A DNA stretch of 63,473 nucleotides, counting the filler, from Pelomyxa schiedti (lineage: Eukaryota; Protista; Evosea), in NCBI GenBank assembly GCA_020536535.1. It is 13 parts of 13 records of this genome, joined end to end, with 100 filler letters (N's around TTAATTAATTAA, not from the genome) between each part and the next. Parts side by side here need not be neighbours in the genome. Positions count along the whole stretch, not along the records: positions 1 to 12,328 come from JAHLWZ010001218.1; positions 12,429 to 20,089 come from JAHLWZ010001346.1; 11 more parts are not named here. One strand, written 5' to 3'. Below the pieces are notes generated by a model. The model ran no database searches and was not told the origin of the DNA. It saw only the letters and a list, made by a program, of their open reading frames with translations. The position numbers and the translations under genes were made by a program. Position 1 is the first letter of the stretch; each line of letters begins with the position of its first letter. This document shows, piece after piece, positions 1 through 12,429 of this stretch.

Positions 1-248
1 AATCACACGCGATCCTAGCAAAGTGAGGCATAGTACCAGGTGCTGATGCCTGTGGTGCATTGTCAACAATCAGCTGCAGTGCTGTGTCAAAGTCCCCATG
101 TCCCAACGCCTCTTTAATTTCGGTCTGTGTGTGTTTGTGGGAAGAGTGGCCCCATCAAGAACCAATCGAAATTCATTAAGTGGCAAAGTTGTTCTTTGGC
201 ACAAAGCATTGAAAAAAAAAGTACCTCCTGGAGCGTTAATCTCCGCAT
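1..248 (-). CDS. Partial (runs off window) ankyrin-region gene or domain, paralogous to the 5' part of the gene at 3075-5095
   Basis: Manual translation gives MRRLTLQE, an intron, then TEIKEALGHGDFDTALQLIV...MPHFARIAC, which resembles AEIQRAVERGDLETALGMIV...LPHLPRIGC at 3189-3360. May be the 3' part of the kinase gene upstream on this strand. Confidence 0.45.
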
Positions 249-826
249 AGAAAACTTTCTAACGTTTTGATCAACGAGGGATTCTGCTTGCTTGAAGGCA
301 GTACTTACTCAATGTCATGGAGTTGTTGTTTTCAATGAAGAGATGCTGGAGTGGGTTTTGGCAACAAGCAGTCGTTGAGACAGCTTCTTGTTCGTCGAGA
401 ATTTGTTTTTATGATAAAATGATGGGAATGATGGACCCATGAGAGGGATGGTTCGGCAACGAGGCAGCATGAGATAACCTGCCGTGCCCATAATGGCAAA
501 AGCGCACGCTGGTCCCCATGATGCAGTTGTTGTAGTCAGAGTGTCAGTGTCGACAACGAATTCGCCGCCGGCGATTGCGTGCGCAACTTGCGGAACCTCT
601 CGACCTCAATCCGGTTGTCTTGGCGTGGATCTTGTTGTTCCGGCAATTCCGCTGCTGGTAGTACCGACGAATATATTAGTGCCGGGAATTGTGGGAATGT
701 TACCGGGGGAGGTAGGACTGGTCGTTTCTGGGACTGATAGAACTTTCCGGGGTCCAGAATCGATTCCGTGTGGTAGCGGCCGCGACGAGGAGGTTGATTC
801 TAGAGCAACAAAGGAAAGAGGTGCAA

Positions 827-2250
827 TTACGTTGTGAACGAGAATTCCTTTTTTTTGTGTGCTATTAGAGATTGCCGGGTGTTTTTCGAGAGAAGAAGGA
901 CGAAAATACCGCTATTCCACACATCACCCTGAGTTGTTGGAAGAGTGTTTCCTTGATTAATTATGGCTTCCGGGGTCAGAGCCGAAGTATGCTTTTGTTG
1001 GTAATATGCCATTCCTCTGTGTGTTGTAATCGGCAGGAATCATCCTGCATGTGACCTTTTTGTTATTTTGATTGAAATACGCATGAGAAGGAAATACCTT
1101 TGCCAAGGGGCCGGATCCTGTGGCATCCAACGAAGTGATCAAAATATTTCCTGTGATGTATTTATGAATTGGAAAAGGTGCGCAATCCAAACCAGCATGA
1201 AGGTCACCGTGGGTGACAGGAGGACACTGCCTGTGGAGGTGGGCCAGGCCCATTGCAACATCTCGAAGAATCCTTTCCCGTAGGCACATTGGAAAAGCCT
1301 CATCAGGCACCGCACCTTCCTGCTGCTGACGTGGGTGAGGAGGAAGATATAAAACTGTCAACAGTGCTGCCAGCGAGAATTTGTTGATGTGTCCACAACG
1401 GGAAACAAGTGAGGAGGAAGACCCAGGGGGGAATGCATTCACTCAAAAATTGGAATACAGCACTGTGGAATGGTGTGTGTCTGGGGCATGCTGCGCTTCG
1501 TTCCTTCCTTCTGTAAACATATTTGTTGGTTCTGATTCGCCAGTGCGGTTCCTGCCGTTGAGGATGGAAGGAGGGTTGAAGAAGTCTCCTGGTGCAACTT
1601 CGGCAGGTGAAACATTGTGATGGTTTGAGCAAGTCATTTCCTCTTTTTTTAGCATTGCTTCTGTGATTTCTTCATGTGCGATGTAGCTGTGCGGTGGGTT
1701 GTTCCTGAGGCACTTTGGGCACGCAGATATTCACAGCAGAGTCACATAATTCTGTTGTTGATGATGGTTGGGAATTGTCATTGGGTTATTTGCCCAAATA
1801 ACTGGTTTTCCGTTTGTTTCCGTTTTCATCGTCACCTCAACTCTTGTGTCACGTGTGACTTTGTCCATAGAGTGGGTTATCACCAAGCGCATTTGCACTT
1901 GAGTATTAGGGAATGTCTTGTTGATTGCCATGCCTCCAAATGAAAAGTATATCAACTCCAGGAACATTGCACAGTGAGTACATCACTGTGCTGAAAGTTT
2001 CGACAGGAAGGAACCAAAATTTGAGGAGGCATCCATGTGCCAGTGTGTCCTCACTACAGCAAAGAATTGATGCTGGGAGGGAGTGTGGTGGTGTCAGGGA
2101 AAAAAACGAGGAGGCATGTGGCTTTCCATTGATATCCATGGTCATCCCCAACCGCGGAAGAAATCCCAAGGTGGCAGTCCACATAATTGCCCTTATGTGG
2201 TTCCTGGGAACTTCCCAGCTTGTTGGCATCCATCTAGATGATGAAGCCAT
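827..2250 (-). pseudogene. Degenerate COR-like region plus protein kinase C-lobe (Roco-like kinase fragment), intron-containing
   Basis: ORF pieces RILRDVAMGLAHLH...HGDLHAG/NILI (subdomain VI) and TPEAII...GDVWNSG (VIII-IX). Upstream LPVETFSTVMYSLC...FIWRHG and CPKC...CSNHH..VAPGD resemble a COR C-terminus. No glycine-rich loop, VAIK or DFG seen. Confidence 0.55.
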
Positions 2251-2466
2251 TACAAAGAATCAGTGTTTCAAACAGCAAGAAGAAGAATATAATAAATAAT
2301 CTAATAATAATTTATTGATAACCAGAAATGAATAATAATTTTTGGAAAAATAATAGTAATATTAATTAATTATATTAGCGATGAATTCTTCGCACACACA
2401 ATAAAAGCAGCACCAAGTGGTGACAACGAAGGCTGTTCATCACCCAATGTAAAAGGTGGTTCGTTC

Positions 2467-2924
2467 TCACTGAAGTTTAGCAGAATCACGCACCGCGGCC
2501 TGGGCCAGCGACGCTGTCATTGTGGGATGAGGAGGCATTATTGCCAGAACCACGGAGCCCTCGGCGTTTGCACAACCGGCTTTCATCGCCTCAAACTGTG
2601 AAACGCAACTAACGGCATCACCATTATGGGATGATGACGTTGTTGCTCCCGATGCGGTTGTTGGCGACGGGCGACGAGGGCCACCACAACAACCACCGGC
2701 GGGGAGGAATTGTGGGTCGGTGACTGTGATTGTTTTAAGCTTTCGGCCAACACGTGAGCCATCTTGGGGTTCCGAGGCCATCCGGGCGCCCATAAGTGCG
2801 TCGAACAGAGCGCCGCCGTTGTTGCTGTAGTATATCGCGAAACAATTGTTGTCCTCGAGGTATTCCCGTGAGACGAAGACGCTGCATCGTCGAAACGACT
2901 CGCTGTAGTTTCAGGTTTCATCAA
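2467..2924 (-). pseudogene. Frameshifted N-terminal fragment of the lineage-specific SQF-motif family
   Basis: Two overlapping ORFs with a low-complexity S/T N-terminus followed by VSQFEAMKAGCA, then stops. Confidence 0.3.
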
Positions 2925-3074
2925 AAAACATTTTTTTCACTCAATCTACCTCAGTCACTCCAGGGAGAGATGCCGTACAACGAATGGTGCAAAAAAAGGT
3001 GGGTTGTTAGATTGGTTCCTTCAGCATGGTGATGCTCAGGTTGTGTCGGTTCTTTGAAGGACGATTGATCAATC

Positions 3075-5095
3075 ATGATGGAGAGACTGACAACGGCAGA
3101 GATCCTGCGTGTGGCCACGCAAAAAAAAACGGTTTTTTCGACCTACGATACGATCAACAACTAACAATTAAATTTGTAATGAATTAGGCTGAAATTCAAA
3201 GAGCAGTTGAACGAGGGGACCTTGAGACTGCCCTTGGGATGATAGTCTCAGCCAGGACACCACAGCAGCAACAACAGCACAGTGGACTACTGCAGGATTA
3301 TGATTTCATTGGTGGGTTTCCTGGCCTTGCCTTGCCTCACCTTCCCAGAATCGGGTGCTGCTTGCTGAACTGTTGCCCTTTTGGAATAAACAAGAATAAT
3401 TTGGAACCAAAGAGCAGTGGTAAGAGCGAATGAACTCCCTCCTTCAATGTTAATTAATAATTAATAATTGGATTTTATGTTCTCTGTTTTATCGTGACAG
3501 AAACTACTTCACATTGTGAGACTTCGAGGTTATTGAGAGCCTTGCTGATAAACGGTCAAGAAATGAAACGGCCTGAACAATGTGCTGGCTTGGAGGCAAT
3601 GATACTGGAGTCAGTCAAGTATGGAGTGTGGTGTGACTCTTGTCTGCTTGCTCTTCTCACAGCAACGGAGGAGAACACATCTCTGCGCATCCCACCAGAG
3701 CTCTCTGACTCCTTGACTCTTGTTGCTGTTGACATGTGCTCAAGTGGAAAGACAGAGAGCTCAAAAAAGGTTGTCAGGTGGGTCATGGAGCATGACTACA
3801 GGAATGACAACCCTGACACAGTCGAAAGAAGGCTGCTGTGTCTCGGTATCCCCTGGAATTTCTTTGATTACAGGCATCCAACCTGTTTGGCTGATTCCTT
3901 GGCTCTCTCACTTACAAGGTTTGGTGTGAATGCAGCCAAAAGCATGCTGGAAGGCATTGGCGGCAATCAAGAACTCGGGCGGACTGACCCCTCAGGAAAG
4001 GCTTTTGAAGCTGCGTGCAGGTATCCAACTACAGAATGCCTGGAGTTCCTTCTCTCTTCCAACGTTCAAACCGATTCACCTGGTGCTTATTCTGGCTACT
4101 ATCAAATTTTTTGTGGATCTGGGTGCTACAACGAGCCGGCTGAGAAACTGGTGACTCTGCTTGTTAATCATGGCATTGTACTCACAAACAAGATATGTAT
4201 GTCACCAAACAGACATGAATTGGTGACGCCCTTTGCGGTTGCAATCACAGAAAACAATGACAAAATGGTGGAAATTCTGGTGCAGAGGGGCCACGTGAAC
4301 ATAACAACCGAAAGTCTCTCCTTTCTCATTCAGAAGCAACACTTGAGAGGGATAAAGCTTCTTTGCAAATCACTTCATCACATGCCCGCTGAGGTATTCT
4401 CCAATGCCCTTGTCTTTGGTGCCAATGACTCCATCGTTGACCACATCATCTCCTCTGGTAGAATTGACCTCAATTCCCGGATTCCCACACCATACAAAGA
4501 CCCAAGCTTCCCCCTGGAACTTGCACTCCACTACAAAAGAATCCACGTCTGCAATTCCCTCTTGAATGCCGGTGCAAAAATACCCCCGCCACCACCACCT
4601 TCGTCATCATCACCAACAACATCCAGTTGTTCAAGCGCTGTTGCAGTTCGTGACGATGACCGTGATGATGATGACTGGTTCCTGACTGCATTCGAGAAAT
4701 GGCTGAATTACTGGCCCACGGTCCCTGGTGCTGAGGCACTCGTCGACAGGATACTCAAGGCGAGGCCCGATGCAGTCAACAACAGCAAATACACTCGGTT
4801 CCCGGGGGGCCTGCTGATCAACAGCGTGAGGAACAAGCACGTCGGGATCATGTGGGTCCTCCTCAACAACGGGGCGCAGCCGAGGACAGACGCGCTCGAG
4901 TGCGCCATCGTCGAGTGCAGCCGGTCCTGCAATGCGTACAACAGCGAGTGCCCTCACGAGGCAATTGTGGGTGCTCTCGTCGGCGCCGGCGCGTTTCTGA
5001 GGATGTCGCACTTTGAGCACCTCAGGGATCTCAAGCAATCCATGAGGACAAAGCTCACCGTGTGTATTTCCACTCTCCAAGTCCATTCTCACTGA
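3075..5095 (+). CDS. Ankyrin-repeat protein (about 3 exons)
   Basis: 533-aa ORF with TPFAVAITENNDKMVEILVQRG, FPLELALHYKRIHVCNSLLNAGA, IVGALVGAGA. GT-AG intron about 3421-3500 and short upstream exons predicted. Confidence 0.8.
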
Positions 5096-5418
5096 TTAAC
5101 CAATGATGTCTTGGCAGAAACTTGTTGGATTCGAGTGTGGGCGGTGCTTTGCGTTGGTGGCACACACGAGGTGTGGAGTGTCGAGTGTGTGGCACACAAT
5201 CCCTGTCTTCCTCCTCACTGAGATCATCAACTTCCTTCTTGGAACAACCAGAACCTAGGGTAAAATATGTTGTTATCAAAAAAACATGATGGGTGTCGTT
5301 CTGGACGTAGTGTTGGTTGGGAGAAAAACGGGGGGTGTCGACATCCTTTCCACTAAAGGTAATACACGGACTGAATTTTGTTGTCACAAAATGCACAGGA
5401 GTCACTCCGTGGCATGCA

Positions 5419-6441
5419 CTAATAATGCTTCTTGCTCTTACTGCCTTGAAGTTTGGATTGCAGCCACAGATCATCAGATGATAACCTGACAGGTCGCCAC
5501 GCGAAAAGGCAGTCTCCCGTCTCACATGGTCATTCACAGCATCGAGGTCACTCAATTGAAGGTAGTTATCCAGCAGCCACTGAGCGCCCTTCACAAAACC
5601 ACTGGTGCAGCACGTCGCCAATGGCAAGTTGCAATTGAACCTCATGTCACCAGGTGTGAGGCTGAACAGTTTGGCCAATGACTTGGCACCCTCCAGGTCA
5701 CACTTCTCGCAGCACTGCAGCAGTATCTTCTGTACAAGGGCATTCCCTTCTGGTGTTGTGGCGTGTTCTGAGAGTTGGGAACATATGTTTGTAAAGTTCT
5801 GCAGAATCCAATCAAGAAGTTGCTTCAGTCCAGAAGAGGGATGATGAGAGGGTCACTGAGTCGCTCCACAACTGCCCAGCTGTCCACTTGGTAAACTCCA
5901 GGTCCCATGTTGAGGCTGCAGCAGCAAAAACACTGCACTTTTCACTTGGAGCCAGTTCCTGAAAAGAGGGGAAGGTTGAAAACCAGTGAACGAGTTCGAC
6001 GTGGTGCTTGGAGCATGCCCTCACAATCTCGGTGCTCAGCACTTCAAAGGGCTCTGGGATGTTGAAGGTCTTGAGAATCCATTTACAAGCTGCAACGTTA
6101 CCACTGTGGAGGCTGATAGCCTGTGGCATGGTTGAAGAAAGTTGGGAGTCAGGGATAGTCAGCCCAATTTCACCAACCAACAGAAATACAGGCGGTATCT
6201 CTCAGCCAGGATGAAACTGCCCATTGAGACAGGCCTCCATGAACATGTTTCCGCAATGGTTGTTGTCAGTAACAAGTGAAGGTAACTTCTGAAGCAGAAG
6301 TTGAGTGAGCTCAAGGCACCCGGTTCTGCAAGCAACAAAGCAATATTTCCGAAGAATATATGGTACTTCTGCCAAAAAATGAGTGAATGGGTGTGGCACG
6401 AGAGAAGTGAGAACCGTTAACAGGTTCCTTTTCCAGAGCAT
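5419..6441 (-). pseudogene. Internally deleted, 5'-truncated copy of the ankyrin-like gene at 8606-10973
   Basis: Near-identical DNA to 8606-10120 but with several deletions and frameshifts. Confidence 0.85.
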
Positions 6442-6534
6442 ATGACGGCGACCGCGACGACATCTTTGATGACGATGGCAGTGTGTTATTCTGAATATTT
6501 TTTGGTTTGTTCCTGGGATGTTATACCAGGCACG

Positions 6535-7866
6535 TCAAAAAAATAAAAACACATCAAGTTCAAGTGCAGAAACTTTGTTGCCAGGGGAGAGGAAATCAAC
6601 GCTGGCAACAGTCAACCCTGACGACGGTTCCACCACGTGGAGTGCCTGAGTGTCAGCGGTGACATGGAAGATGAACCCACCACCTGCAATGTGGGGAATC
6701 CCAACGTGCTCAATTGTGGTCTTGGGTGATGGTGGTGCTGCTGCTGTGTCCTCGTACATGTTATTGCGGCACTCCCACACCTCCACAGTTTTACACCTGC
6801 GGTTGTAGAGTGAGAATTCTTTCTCTGTAGCTTCCCACAGCACTCTCACCCCCTTAGAGCCTTCTACATCGGCATAGAGCTGCTTGACAACGCCGCTGTT
6901 GGCTTGCACAGAAAGCACCACTGATGGTTTTCGACAGCCATACCTCTCCACAATGAAGACATTTTGTCCAGTTTCGCATTTCACCACAATTACATGTTCC
7001 TCTTGGAGTTCCTCGCTGATGTTATCTGGTTGAAGGATGCATCTGGTTGTGCTCAAAACTTGCAGAGTCCCAGCTGCGTGGCTTTTGGGAACATCAACAA
7101 CGACCAGTTGGCTGTGTGTTCTGTCATTGCTGTTCAAAAGAAGCACTGCCTGTGATGGATTCACTTCACTCAGGTTGATGGATTCGACGATGTAATTGCG
7201 GAAATCCTGTTGCAACAGGGATACTTCAACAGAAACACGTCTCTCCTCTCCTCCAGCAGAACTTCTCCGTCCTGGAAGTTGTTGAATAACCAAGGAATGG
7301 TCATCGCCACCATCTTCGTTCTTGTTTGTCCAAGTCAGCTCCCAGTCCCGGCTCCCTGCACTGCACTCATCATTCCAAAGTGCCAGTCCGTTGGATGAGC
7401 TCGGGATGCGGGTGAACCCTTTTGGCGTCAATAAATGCTCAGAATAACAATGGATCCTGTTGTTCTCGCCAAACCAGCCAGCCTGTGGCTCGTTAGCATC
7501 CCTCACCCACAATTGAGTGATGCCCAGCAGGAGAACTGACACGCCAACCCTCACTTCACACAGAACCTGTTCGTCCCAGAATTCGCCCACCGTCGCATAA
7601 ATTACGAACACTCTTGAGCAACCGACGACCCAGTCGCACCAAAACTGTCGCACGAGGTGGCCACCCATAATCGAGGCTGGCGAGTGTGCCCCGCACCTTT
7701 GTGACGTCGCAGCCACAGCCAGCACCATCGCCTGGTCGCGTGCCCTGTTTCCTTGGTGCAACCTCACGTCTCCCAGCCACCACGGCCGAGGCTGTGTTGC
7801 TGTGGTCGTCATCGACGTCGCAGAATCAAAATCTCTCTCAAAGAAAAGTCCTTTACCAGAAATCAT
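6535..7866 (-). CDS. Lineage-specific family protein (ARDQAMVLA...RCGAHSPA...W motif followed by beta-rich domain)
   Basis: Intact 443-aa ORF; N-terminal motif shared with 14571, 19110 and 24651. Confidence 0.75.
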   Translation of the reverse strand: MISGKGLFFERDFDSATSMTTTATQPRPWWLGDVRLHQGNRARDQAMVLAVAATSQRCGAHSPASIMGGHLVRQFWCDWVVGCSRVFVIYATVGEFWDEQVLCEVRVGVSVLLLGITQLWVRDANEPQAGWFGENNRIHCYSEHLLTPKGFTRIPSSSNGLALWNDECSAGSRDWELTWTNKNEDGGDDHSLVIQQLPGRRSSAGGEERRVSVEVSLLQQDFRNYIVESINLSEVNPSQAVLLLNSNDRTHSQLVVVDVPKSHAAGTLQVLSTTRCILQPDNISEELQEEHVIVVKCETGQNVFIVERYGCRKPSVVLSVQANSGVVKQLYADVEGSKGVRVLWEATEKEFSLYNRRCKTVEVWECRNNMYEDTAAAPPSPKTTIEHVGIPHIAGGGFIFHVTADTQALHVVEPSSGLTVASVDFLSPGNKVSALELDVFLFF

Positions 7867-8605
7867 GATACAACAAACACAATGTTCTCGGTAAAGCTAA
7901 GCTTGACACCTTTGGCACCATTCCCCTGAATAGCATTTATAAGATCTCCGTTTCAACGAGATCACAATGGTCGTTAAATTGGTTGAGCAATTGAGTGTTG
8001 AATAAACTATTGTTGTGTTTGAGTTATTTGGTCTTGTGAAGGAAAAGCTAAGTCGCTATTACGAGCGTCGTGTAGCGTAACGAAATAGAAATAAATTAAT
8101 TTACCAAACAAATGCAAAAGCGAACTGTATGTACTCAGAGATAAAACAATTAAACAGGAGCAGATACAGATGGTACGAGGAGTGATGGAAAAGGGAACAC
8201 AAAACAAATGGGAGGGAAAGCAAGGGTACGGTTGTGCAGCGAGAGTCTCCGTAGCAGGTGTGTTTGAACGCCCTGCGGGTTGTTCCTCCACTTCACCACT
8301 CGTTGAGTGGCATGGTCTCCCCATGTTTTGATGGTTGTGGCGTTAATCAAAGATACAAGTCTCTGCACAAACGCCAAAACCCCAAACATGCCATTTATGT
8401 CAGTGCCGCGCAGCCGCGGTGGGACCCGATTCGACGAACACTCACGCCGCGTTATCGTCGCTCAGGATCGGCGGTCTGGTGTTTTTATTATTCCGCCATT
8501 TGACTTGCCCCCCGGTGTACAAGACGACGACACCCAGAAAGAAAGGTGGATCCCCCTAAACGTAATCAAAGGAAGGAAGTCTAGGGAGTCACTCCAAGGC
8601 ATACA

Positions 8606-10973
8606 CTAATAATGCTTCTTACTCTTACTGCCTTGAAGTTTGGATTGCAGCCACAGATGACCTGACACATCGCCTTGCGAAAAGGCAGTCTCCCGTCTCA
8701 CATGGTCATTCACAGCATCGAGGTCACTCAATTGAAGGTAGTCATCCAGCAGCCACTGAGCACCCTTCACAAAACCACTGGTGCAGCACGTCGCCAACGG
8801 CAAGTTGCCATTGAACCTCATGTCACCAGGTGTGAGGCTGAACAGTTTGGCCAATGACTTGGCACCCTCCAGGTCACACTTCTCGCAGCACTGCAGCAGT
8901 ATCTTCTGTACAAGGGCATTTCCTTCTGGTGTTGTGGGGTGCTGTTCTGAGAGTTGGGAACATAAGTTTGGAAAGTGCTGCAGAATCCAATCAAGAAGTT
9001 CTGGCTTTCCAGAGAATGCAGTGATGGTTGCTTCAGTCCAGAAGAGGGACGATGAGAGGGTCACTGAGTTGCTCCACAACTGCCCGGCTGTCCACTTGGT
9101 AAACTCCAGGTCCCATGTTGAGGCTGCAGCAGCAAAAACACTGCACCTTTCACTTGGAACCAGTTCCTGGAACGAGGGAAAGGTTGAAAACCAGTGAACG
9201 AGTTCAACGTGGTGCTTGGAGCATGCCCTCACAATCTCGGTGCTCAGCACTTCAAAGGGCTCTGGGATGTTGAAGGTCTTGAGAATCCATTTACAAGCTG
9301 CAACGTTACCACTGTGGAGGCACCGGTAAAGGCAGTTCAAGTGGTGCTCGGAGTCATGCTGTGGAAACTTGGAGTGGAACCATTCTGCAAGCTCAATGTT
9401 GCCCTTAGAACATATGCATCCAAAACTATTTGACGATAATACAGGTTCAGGTGGCCTCCAATTCTTTAGGCTTTTGAAAACATGCTGTGCCATTTCAACA
9501 GAGTTGCTTTCTGCCAGTGCGGAAAGGATACCTGTGACGTTGAGGGATGACTCACCAAGTGTGGGCATTTTTTTCAGCAACCAGTCAAAGGAATCGACAT
9601 CTGAAGTGTAACAACATTGTGCCAAATACTTTTCAGCCCAAGCAACATCAACAGAAGGGAAGGTGTCAATCAGCCATTTGACTAACTCAAGGTTCCATTC
9701 ACTGATAGCCTGTTGCATGGTTGAAGAAAGCTGATAGTCAGGGATAGTCAACCCAAGTTCACCAACCAGCCACTTCGCAGTCTTGACATGGCCTCCAGCA
9801 CATACCCTTGAGAGTATGGTGTTGTCCGGGTCACTTGAGTGGAGTGATGCAACAGAAATACAAGCGGTCTCTCTCAGCCAGGATGCAACTGCCATGTGCC
9901 CATTGAGGCAGGCCTCCATGAACATGTTTCCGCAATGGTTGTTGTCAGTAACAAGTGAAGGTAACTTCTGAAGCAGAAGTTGAGTGAGCTCAAGGCACCC
10001 GGTTCTGCAAGCAACAAAGCAATATTTCCGAAGAATAAATGGTACTTCTGCCAAAAAATGAGTGAATAGGTGTGGCAGAAGAGAAGTGAGAACCGTAAAC
10101 AGGTTCCTTTTCCAGAGCATATCTCACAAAGGGAATATTGCCCGCGTTTATAGCATCACCAATATGGCTCTGGAGATGTAACTCAGAGCATCCACATTTC
10201 TTTTTAAAAAAACCCCACTTAGGTCACAAAGCATTGAATGAAATATATGCTTATATTATAAAAGGGACTAAAAGAACCTTCTCCACTGCTTCAGCAAATG
10301 GAAGTGCATATGGGAGCTTTGCACAAACCTCAATAACCAAGTGTGGTTTCACTTCCCTGAGCACGATTCTGCGTATGTGGTACAGCAAGGGGAAAAATGT
10401 TGTTGCAACAGTAATCAGGTCCCTCAATGTTGTTGCAAGGTGGCCAAAAAATTTAAGAGGGTATAAATCAACATCCCCTGGAACCATGAGTAAAAACTCT
10501 CTTGGTATCACACACTGGATAATCACCTGAGACCACGACAGCACATGCTCAACATCGGGGCAGTTTCTCCTCGCCGTCGTCTCCATTCTCACGAGTACTG
10601 TTGAGGTGGTCGCTACCACGAGTGCTGATGCTGGCACTACTGATGCTGCTGCTGATGTCGACGTCGAGGTAGCTGTCTCGGGGGCTGCTGTTCTCGACGA
10701 TGATGGGGAGGGCGGAATCAACCCGATTCTTTGTAGGCGTTGCAGGACGCGGGAGGACGCCGGTCGGTCGAGGAACTCCCTGTCGTACACTCGAACGAGG
10801 GCGACTTGCTTTTCCTTTGTCGCGAGCACCGTTCGCTCGGTCACGACGAACAGAGGTCGCATGTCTTGGTGTTGTCCGACCCGACGACGTGTGCATGCAC
10901 CGGACATGTCAGGTCCCCAATGCTTGTTTTTCGATTTTGGGATAACCAAAACTTGGTTCCGGTTTGTCGACAA
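8606..10973 (-). CDS. Divergent ankyrin-like repeat protein (at least 2 exons)
   Basis: ORFs 10251-10973 and 8606-10120 with repeated ACxxGxLExxxWL motifs (ACLNGHMAVASWL, VCAGGHVKTAKWL, CSKGNIELAEWF). Confidence 0.8.
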
Positions 10974-12429
10974 AGTTGTTTAAATCCACTTGGGGACACA
11001 CGATTGTTCGAGGGGGACAACTTCCAGGAATTCCATGAGACCTGCCACTGTGCATTGCGTCCACAGAATACTCGGAATTCATGGAGGTGTCGGCCCTGAG
11101 CGACCCTCAGAAGTCGACTTCCATCCCACATGAGAGGCAACTCAAATCAGTGGCTGAGTTTCTGACAAAATTCCTTTTAAGGGAACTTTGGCACAAAATT
11201 ATGTTTTCTTCTTCACTTGGGACCTTAATAACTCGGAAAAATCGAGCAGACCCTCAGGAAAAAAATCCTGGAAGTCATTAAACACATAGGAAAGAGTCCA
11301 TCCCAAAGATAACATCTGTTGGGTGGAACACTCTGCCTAGACTCAGGGTCTATTTATCAAATTATCGGAAATTCCTTATTAAGGAAAATTTAAAATGTGG
11401 CAAAACGCGTAGGGATTGGATAGAAATCACCTTTAGAAAAGGTTTTAGACTTAAGTTAGCTTTGCCGGTAGCTCGGTCGAATTTTCTAGCAGTTCCGCAC
11501 AGTAGTTTTCACCTTGTTTTCACAAGGAGAGCAAAAAGCTAGAAACCTGAGCAGATCTGGTCCAGATGTGTCGTCCGATCTGCTGTCTGTCGGGTTGCTG
11601 TTGTTGTTCACAACTCTGGTGCAAACAAACGCCAGTTGTGTGTGTGGGGCCGTGGTTTATGCACGCTTTCAAGGTAAACAGGTTCAAAACCCTGACGATG
11701 AGAAAAAGAGACAGCTGAAGGGAAAAAAAAAAAGACCCGATGTGTTGTTTATTATGCTGTGCAACAATAAGAACGGCCAATGTCATACCACCAGGCTGAG
11801 TGGCAAGACACCAACGTTGGCAACAGTGCCACAATGGGTGTTTCTTGAAGGACGGTGTTGATTTGGTGCCAGACAGTCATTTCTGCAGTCGAAGTTCAGT
11901 GACATTGCTGGCAGCACCCAGTGGTGAATTTCTGGGAGGAGCTCGTTCTGCCTGCTAGAGGGAGGACGTGTCGACACCACCCAGTCCTGTTTTTTTCGAA
12001 AACTCAAGGTGCCTGGTCGCTGCCAAGTAACCTGTCAAGTGACAACAGGTGTGTGTTTGGGGGGTCTGGGTGACAGCTGTCACTCCACTGTGTGTTGTTG
12101 TTGTTGACAAGGCACAGTTTTGGTGGTTGCCCACATTTTGATTGTTTTCTCCCTTGCGTAAATGTAGCAGAGAAAACAATCAAAAAAAAATCAAATTTCC
12201 CTGATGCTGGTGAATTTCCAAGTCGGTAATTCCTCTAACCATGACTTGTTATTGGGCAAACGCATGCTCTCCCAAGAACAGCTTATGCCAAGTTTTGATG
12301 AACCGATCATGATCTTTCCATTCCCACTNNNNNNNNNNNNNNNNNNNNNNNNNNNNNNNNNNNNNNNNNNNNTTAATTAATTAANNNNNNNNNNNNNNNN
12401 NNNNNNNNNNNNNNNNNNNNNNNNNNNNA

